A stretch of DNA of 40,500 bases from Octopus bimaculoides (lineage: Eukaryota): assembly GCF_001194135.2 (NCBI RefSeq), contig NC_068995.1:6799361-6839860 (forward strand), in the 5' to 3' direction. The translations under genes were made by a program, and so were the position numbers. Below, in pieces: positions 34,838-40,500 of the stretch. Positions within the stretch are counted from its first letter, which is position 1. The number at the start of each line of letters is the position of its first letter. A model generated the notes under the pieces. That model saw only the letters and a list, made by a program, of their open reading frames with translations, was not told where the DNA came from and did no database searches.

Positions 34838-35006
34838 CTTGGTAATAATGCTAATTTCTGTTCAAACATAGTCTCCAGCCGTTGACCTCGCTTAGATATA
34901 TAGTTATCTGGTCCATTGTATCGGTAACAATTCTCCAGCATCAGTCGAAAATCAGCTACGAACTGAGTAAGAGACAAGTACTCTCGCATTTCAAATGAAG
35001 TACGCA
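34838..35006 (-). CDS. KIAA2026: KIAA2026 most 5' coding exon found: C-terminal half of the bromodomain
   Basis: Acceptor tttaatttcag|TG and donor CCAAG|gtaatg; 169 nt, phase 1 to 2; encodes RTSFEMREYLSLTQFVADFRLMLENCYRYNGPDNYISKRGQRLETMFEQKLALLP. Confidence 0.9.
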
Positions 35007-35517
35007 CTGAAATTAAAGAGAAAATTTGAAGAAATGATAATTAATTTTCAGTGTTTTGGTCACCTGGATTCAGTTATAACAGCAGGCAAATCTGTAAGCA
35101 AGGCATTCCAATACGATCCTTCATTGTGTATTTCTGTAAGGAGTTTTACTTTAATATTCATTCCCTCGCTTCTCAAGTTAGGGATCAATTGTCAAATTTC
35201 TGCAACTTCCCTATGGATGGCTGGTTTTTGTTCAACATCAAAAGTGAGATGACACATGCAGGTCAGCCACTGAAAAGACCAATTTTATAGTTGAACCATT
35301 TCCCAGAGACTATCCAATATAGAATCATAATACACCAGGCCCAGAATTGTCAAAAAATTAGTAGGGTATCGAGAGCAAATAGAAATATGACACAAATTCA
35401 TGATAATGACAGGAGTGGGGAATTTATCTATTTTGATTATTGGAGCTGAGGGCCAAAATGGTTTTCTGAGACCAAGATGTCATCATTATATCAGAGCTCT
35501 TAAAAAAATTCATACAA

Positions 35518-35588
35518 CATACACACCAAAGTCTCTCACATACACACCAAAGTCTCTCACATACACACCAAAGTCTCTCACATACACA
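35518..35588. repeat. 21-bp tandem repeat x3 (catacacaccaaagtctctca)
   Basis: Direct reading. Confidence 0.9.
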
Positions 35589-36657
35589 AATAACGCTGAT
35601 ATTCGTCACTGGATGAGCTGTTCACCTCCAGCTCTGCTTCTATCAAAATCATAATCTCGAGAGCTCTGAGCATCTATATTGATCTGTTGTATATACATAA
35701 GTCCAGCACTGTCTGTACTTTACAGAGCAGTAGTAAGTGACTGACTGACTGACTGGTAAACTCAGTCAAACAACTGGCTCCAACACAACAAAACAAATGA
35801 GAGCCTCTATCCAGTCAGCCAAGAAATAACAGCTAAATCCTAAATCTCTTTCACCTTACACCATTTTAGGAAGAACACTTTGAATAATGCAACCCTGAGA
35901 CACTACCTCTAGGAAAAAGTAAGAATATTCATAGCTGGAATTCTTTTGAGAGCATGGGTCTCCATAACTGAAGCTGAGCTGGGCTCAAGAATCCAAGTAG
36001 GTTATTATGAGGCGTAGTAGTCGAGGTATGCTGTAGGTTCTGATGGTAACTATAGAAGAGGAACAAGGAACTCAACAGAAATGGCGAAGTTGCTGCTGCA
36101 TACACAACTTTAGCAGTGTGCATCACAGAGGTATGTTTATGACTTTGGGTGCAGTTATGTTATGCTGGGGGTGGGAGGTTGAGTGGGAGAAGTAGAGTTC
36201 TGAGGATGAGAGTGTAGTCACGTAGTAGTGTTCATTAGTGTGTCACATGAGTCAGTCTCTCTCTCTCTTTCTGTCAGGTAGTTTTCCCAACAGAATTGAC
36301 AGGTGTCGCTGGGATGAAATTGATAAAAACTACTGCGTTCACAGACGCTGATACAAACACCACAAAAATCAGGTCTTTTGTGCAAATTCTTTTACCGGCC
36401 TTGACATAACAAAGACAAAATAAACATCAGTTTCAAATTTTGGCACAAGGCCAGCAATTTTGGAGGAAGGGGCCAAGTCAAATACATCGATCCAAGTGCT
36501 CAACTGGTACTTATTTTACTGACCCTGGGAGGATGGAAAGTCAAGTCCACCTCGGTGGAATGTGAACTCAGGACATAAAGACAGATGATATAAAAATTAA
36601 CTATAGTGATTAACTACAGTGTATTAAGATACCAACACATTCGCACAGTAACAGGGT

Positions 36658-36824
36658 AATATTATAGCCAGATTCCACCGAGGTTGACTTAGCCTTTCGT
36701 CCTTTCGGGCGGTCAATAAATTAAGTACCAGTTGCGTACTGGGGTCGATCTAATCGACTGGCCCCCCCTCCCCCAAAATTGTGGGCCTTATGCCTAGAGT
36801 AGAAAAGAATATTATAGCCAGATT
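36658..36824 (+). mobile_element. 5'-truncated SINE family C with a 17-bp target-site duplication
   Basis: aatattatagccagatt at 36658-36674 and 36808-36824. Confidence 0.8.
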
Positions 36825-37164
36825 ATATCTTCAAATTCATTGAATAGTTAAGTCCGTTTACTTCTTGGTGTAAAGTGAAAAATAATTGATAACAAGTCTT
36901 GAGGTAAAAGAGGTGACAAGCGTATGACAAGGAATACAGCTTTTCAGAGTTGCTGTCTCTTAAGACTGCACATTCAATACTACCTAGGTGGACTTTTACA
37001 CCATCTAAAGAGTCAAATAGAACTTTTAAAAGAAATTATATATCTCATGGTTCTACATAAAACTTACAACTATCTTTCAATTTTCAAAGTAACAACAGAA
37101 TTTCCACAAGTACTGATTGTTTTCGTAATTACCAACAGCAGTAGATAATCACAAATGTATACGA

Positions 37165-37740
37165 TCATCATCATCATCATCATCATTTAACGTCTGCTTT
37201 CCACGCTGTTCAGGTTCCATGTGTTTTGGCATGGTTTCTACAGCTTGACGCCCTGCCTAACACCAACCACGTTACAGAGTGTACTGGGTGCTTTTCATGT
37301 AGCACCAGCACCTACGAAACCACAAGATTAGGGATGCTCAGCTGGAGAGGGTTGCGAGGGACAAGCCTGTATGTAAGGGCAATCACGCTTTTACATAGCT
37401 TGGCATATCTTTTCAAGCACAGCAAACCGCCAGAAGTCTTAGTCCCATCATTCCCTCTGTATGTCCCAATACTTGCAGATCCTTACTCACCATTTTGTCG
37501 TATGTCTTCCTAGGTCTACCCCTTCCACATGTTCCCTTTACAATAAGAGATCAGCACCTCTTGATGCAACTGTCCTAATTCATATACATTGCATGGCCAT
37601 ACCAGTGCAGTCTTCTCTCTTGCGCACGACATCTGATGCTACGCATACCCAATTTTTCTCTTAAGTCACTTACACATTTCCATAAAAGCACACCGACATT
37701 ACCCATCCAGCAAAGCATACTGGCTTCATTTCTTTCAGGT
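37165..37740 (-). mobile_element. 5'-truncated RTE-clade LINE with 3' UTR and (GAT)n tail
   Basis: Minus-strand translation LREKLGMRSIRCRAQERRLHWYGHAMYMN*DSCIKRC*SLIVKGTCGRGRPRKTYDKMVSKDL matches the RTE ORF C-terminus (RL.W.GH...G.R.RGRP.KTW...V..DL). Confidence 0.8.
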
Positions 37741-38216
37741 CTTCACATATCCTTAATTAAATCAATCCCATTACTAATTTACAACTTGTTTAATCAACCC
37801 TCAGAATGATAAAAAGTGAAGGTGACCTTGTAGCGATTTGAACTCAGAATGCAGTGACTACAGCAACAGCATTTGTCCAGAATATTATTCTGTTAATCAA
37901 CCACCTTTAGTTAAAAACATATTTTTAATAATAGCCTCAACAAATTGTCACACTGGAATATGACCCCAGCACATGTGCTAATTAACACCAATACATATCT
38001 GGAATTTATTTTATTGAACATTACCAGGAATTGCATTCAGAATGTAAAAGGCCATCCATAATCAGTCCATCCTGGGTGGAATTTCAGTGAAAGTTGGTTG
38101 CATTTCTAACAGGTCAACTGACCTCATTAGGTGGGCAACATTGGAGCAGAGTACAAGATTTGGTACCTTAGATACTCAGAAGTACCTAAGGTACTTATCT
38201 GAGAGTTGGTAAGTAA

Positions 38217-38275
38217 CATTAATGGATGTTTAAGTGAGGGTTGGTAAACAACCCTCACTTAAACATCCATTAATG
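38217..38275. repeat. Perfect 27-bp inverted repeat with a 5-nt loop
   Basis: cattaatggatgtttaagtgagggttg-gtaaa-caaccctcacttaaacatccattaatg. Confidence 0.95.
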
Positions 38276-38592
38276 CTATTTCGCCCAAAGAAACCATAGC
38301 ATGAACATGATCCACCGGATGTCCGTGGATACTATGAACTGCACAGTAATCGTCCAAGGAATACGGACCATGTGATTTGTGGAAATGTGTGTAGTGATCT
38401 ATTAAAATATTCATAAATTCCATCTGAGGGTTACTATTGTTATTACTATATTTATCTTACATTATATCGGTACAGCTCAGTGCCACCCAAAAAAACTGGT
38501 TGTTACCAGTTGGCATCATTAGGTTGTAGTGGACATAATAGAATAGCAGTTTTTATATGCATATTCTAAACGTTTCTCGTAAACAAAATTTG

Positions 38593-38642
<50 letters not shown>

Positions 38643-39659
38643 GGCGGTGCCCCAGCATGGCCACAGCTCATGAGCTGAAACTAGATAAAATGAAATGAAA
38701 AGAAAATGAAATACACACACAAATCTATATCTATATCCAGGACCCTCTTCTCTCCACACTTATATTAAATGCTATTATATAATTTCTTCATTTCTATTTA
38801 CCATTCTACAGAAATGCAAATCTGTAATTGCTCAAGACAAAAATAACAGCAAAACAGAAAAAATATTTACAAATCTATGTTCGATATTAATTTTCACTTA
38901 AATCACTGGAGGTTTAAGTGTGACTTCATTTTCCCGCAATTTCAATTTTCATCACACATTGTTATCGTCATTTTAAGCCCTCTTATTCGAACCTATCCTG
39001 TGGACAGGTTGTCAAGGACCATGCTCTTATTTGGCGTTAATATCCTTCTAGACAGGCCAGAGTTAAGGTCTGTTTCACTCATATATTCCGCTTTTGAAAT
39101 GTCTTCTACAGCTGGGTGCTTTTCCTATCACCAACCATTCTACAGTCCATACTTTAGTCTATCATGGCCCCAGCAACAGAGACATGTCTTTTCCCCAGCA
39201 TGATAGAAGGAAGTAAAGAAAGACAACCCAAGTAAAAGAATGACAGAGGAAAGAGTATGGAAAAAACAACCAGAGTGAGAGGGTGACAGGTGAGAGGGTG
39301 ACAGGGGAGAGGGCGGTGGGAGGGAGGGAGGGAAGGAAGGCGAGACAACTACAAGAAAACTGTTGGTAAAGAAATTCAGTAAAAACACAAATGGTGTGGT
39401 AGGAGGAGAGAGAGAGAGAGAGTGAGTGATAAGAAGGTGACAAAATAATAGGTGTAGTGGGAGCGGTGGGGGGATGTAAGTTGAGTGGATACCAATGAAA
39501 ATAGGTGATGCTAAGGAGTCTGGGAGCGAATGGGTGATGGAGGAGAGAGAAATAGAAGAAATCAAGAGCGATGGAATGCAATAAATTATTATTATTATTA
39601 TTGAGGGCACTGTGGTGGTATTAGTTTTTTTTAAATTAATTTATTAGTCAGGAAGAGAA

Positions 39660-40500
39660 GTAGTAAATACCAGCATTTCACAGACTGGTATCTTACGACA
39701 CGGTTAAATGTTCAGTTTGCACCTCTGATGGTCGACGACTGCCTGAAACGACATAGGTGGGTACGGACTCGTTGAGAATTACTGCTATTGAGAGAAAATG
39801 GTTTTGATGGAGGATAATATGAGAGGGCGGGTTGTGACAGATGTGTCGTTAATGTGAGAGAGAAGAAGAAGAAGAAGATGATGAGTGGAGAAGACAGTTC
39901 AGAGAAGTAGAAACCGTTGTAGTAGCGGAGGGAGCAGAGAGACCCCCGGGTTAATACTCCCTATTTAAAAGTATTTGATTCGGGATTCAAATACTGCTAT
40001 AGAGGACGTCGCTAGAACGGTAAAATAGGTATCGATAACGTTATTGATATTTCATTTAATCAGGTTAAAAACAGAAGAAAAAAAAATCTGTCCATCTGTA
40101 CGAAAACCTGATACTAACTTACTTTGGGTTTACTACATTAAACAAGAGAGGTGCATTAGTAGAAAAAGGTGAGGTTGTACTACGAAATGGTTTTACAACA
40201 TTGACGTCGTTTTGTCTTCTGAATTTAAAATGCCGTCAGCGTCGACTTCACCTTTCACCTCTCAGAGTTGATCAAAGAAATGCAATTTAGGTATTGAGAC
40301 CGAATTAAGCAGCTACACTTTCCCCCACCATCACCACGACCATCACACACACACACAAAAAAAAAAAATTATAGCCTTCCTCTTCAACACTCCACTATCG
40401 CGAGCTTCCTTCGTAACGACCTGTGGTTTAATTTTACACTTTTAATCTAAGCTGTTTGAAAGCAGGAAGAAATCGGGAAAATTCTAATAGGGAAACTTGA
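39660..40500 (-). promoter_or_regulatory. CpG-rich promoter/leader-like region with a further donor (CCCAAA|gtaagt at 40122) and a TATCGATA motif (40030-40037)
   Basis: Roughly 30 CpG by eye in 840 bp, against clearly fewer in the introns; the DRE-like octamer is visible in the sequence. Confidence 0.4.
39697..39960 (-). other. Candidate non-coding 5' exon of KIAA2026
   Basis: ttttaaatag| acceptor at 39961-62 and GTGTC|gtaaga donor; stops in all frames; contains a 16-aa uORF at 39704-39754. Confidence 0.4.

Larger units (their letters stand above)
8319..35006 (-). other. KIAA2026: KIAA2026/BRD10-like gene, span of 13 reconstructed coding exons (5' end unresolved)
   Basis: The spliced translation matches human KIAA2026 as I recall it, colinearly across many exons: FVADFRLMLENCYRY..KRGQRLETMFEQKLALLPRDLREKTT, WELPQIGHFLFL..YELERC, PYRVWEEKLRQKVKNWY, AEKLGL, LSFYRKVWVMKSICD, IYIHFPQFCGADLRVYK, FELIVDSVEELRDL, ELHSRLNYLLKELEPWEAKL. 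All introns are GT-AG, phases are compatible, and the exons sum to 7658 nt (2 + 2552 codons). Confidence 0.9.

Noticed and set aside
36005-36040. tgaggcgtagtagtcgaggtatgctgtaggtt, superficially let-7-like
   Set aside because: Does not match the let-7 seed or mature sequence, and no hairpin partner is visible.
35929-36126. ORF containing TSPFL and RPML as the possible missing bromodomain N-terminal half
   Set aside because: It ends in a stop with no phase-1 donor at the needed position, and the spacing does not fit the ZA loop.
36862-37004. Open 143-nt minus-strand exon candidate (DGVKVHLGSIECAVLRD...LHQE)
   Set aside because: It ends in phase 0, incompatible with the phase-1 acceptor at 35006, and has no recognisable homology.
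38280-38400. His-rich minus-strand frame DHYTHFHKSHGPYSLDDYCAVHSIHGHPVDHVHAM
   Set aside because: It terminates in the hairpin arm, has no convincing in-phase donor, and is not recognised.

Overview
AT-rich, microsatellite- and SINE-dense eukaryotic genomic DNA with two assembly gaps. The repeat families look like those of an octopus/coleoid cephalopod (recognition from memory, not a database hit). One large minus-strand gene dominates the window: an orthologue of the poorly characterised KIAA2026/BRD10. I reconstructed 13 coding exons by hand (35006 down to the stop at 8319). All have GT-AG boundaries and compatible phases, giving 7658 nt and about 2550 aa. The protein has the C-terminal half of a bromodomain, a DDT/WHIM1-2-3-like module, and a 5.3-kb terminal exon encoding a low-complexity tail that ends in an AAxLLxL motif. 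I could not find the exon for the N-terminal half of the bromodomain. CpG-rich sequence with candidate non-coding exons lies at 39.7-40.5 kb. Intergenic and intronic DNA holds tRNA-derived SINEs, RTE- and CR1-type LINE fragments, TTAA-flanked piggyBac-like MITEs, a Helentron/HINE-like element, a 13-bp minisatellite apparently born from LINE RT coding sequence, and a perfect 27-bp hairpin. The 5' end of a second minus-strand gene may lie in the first 1.3 kb (low confidence).
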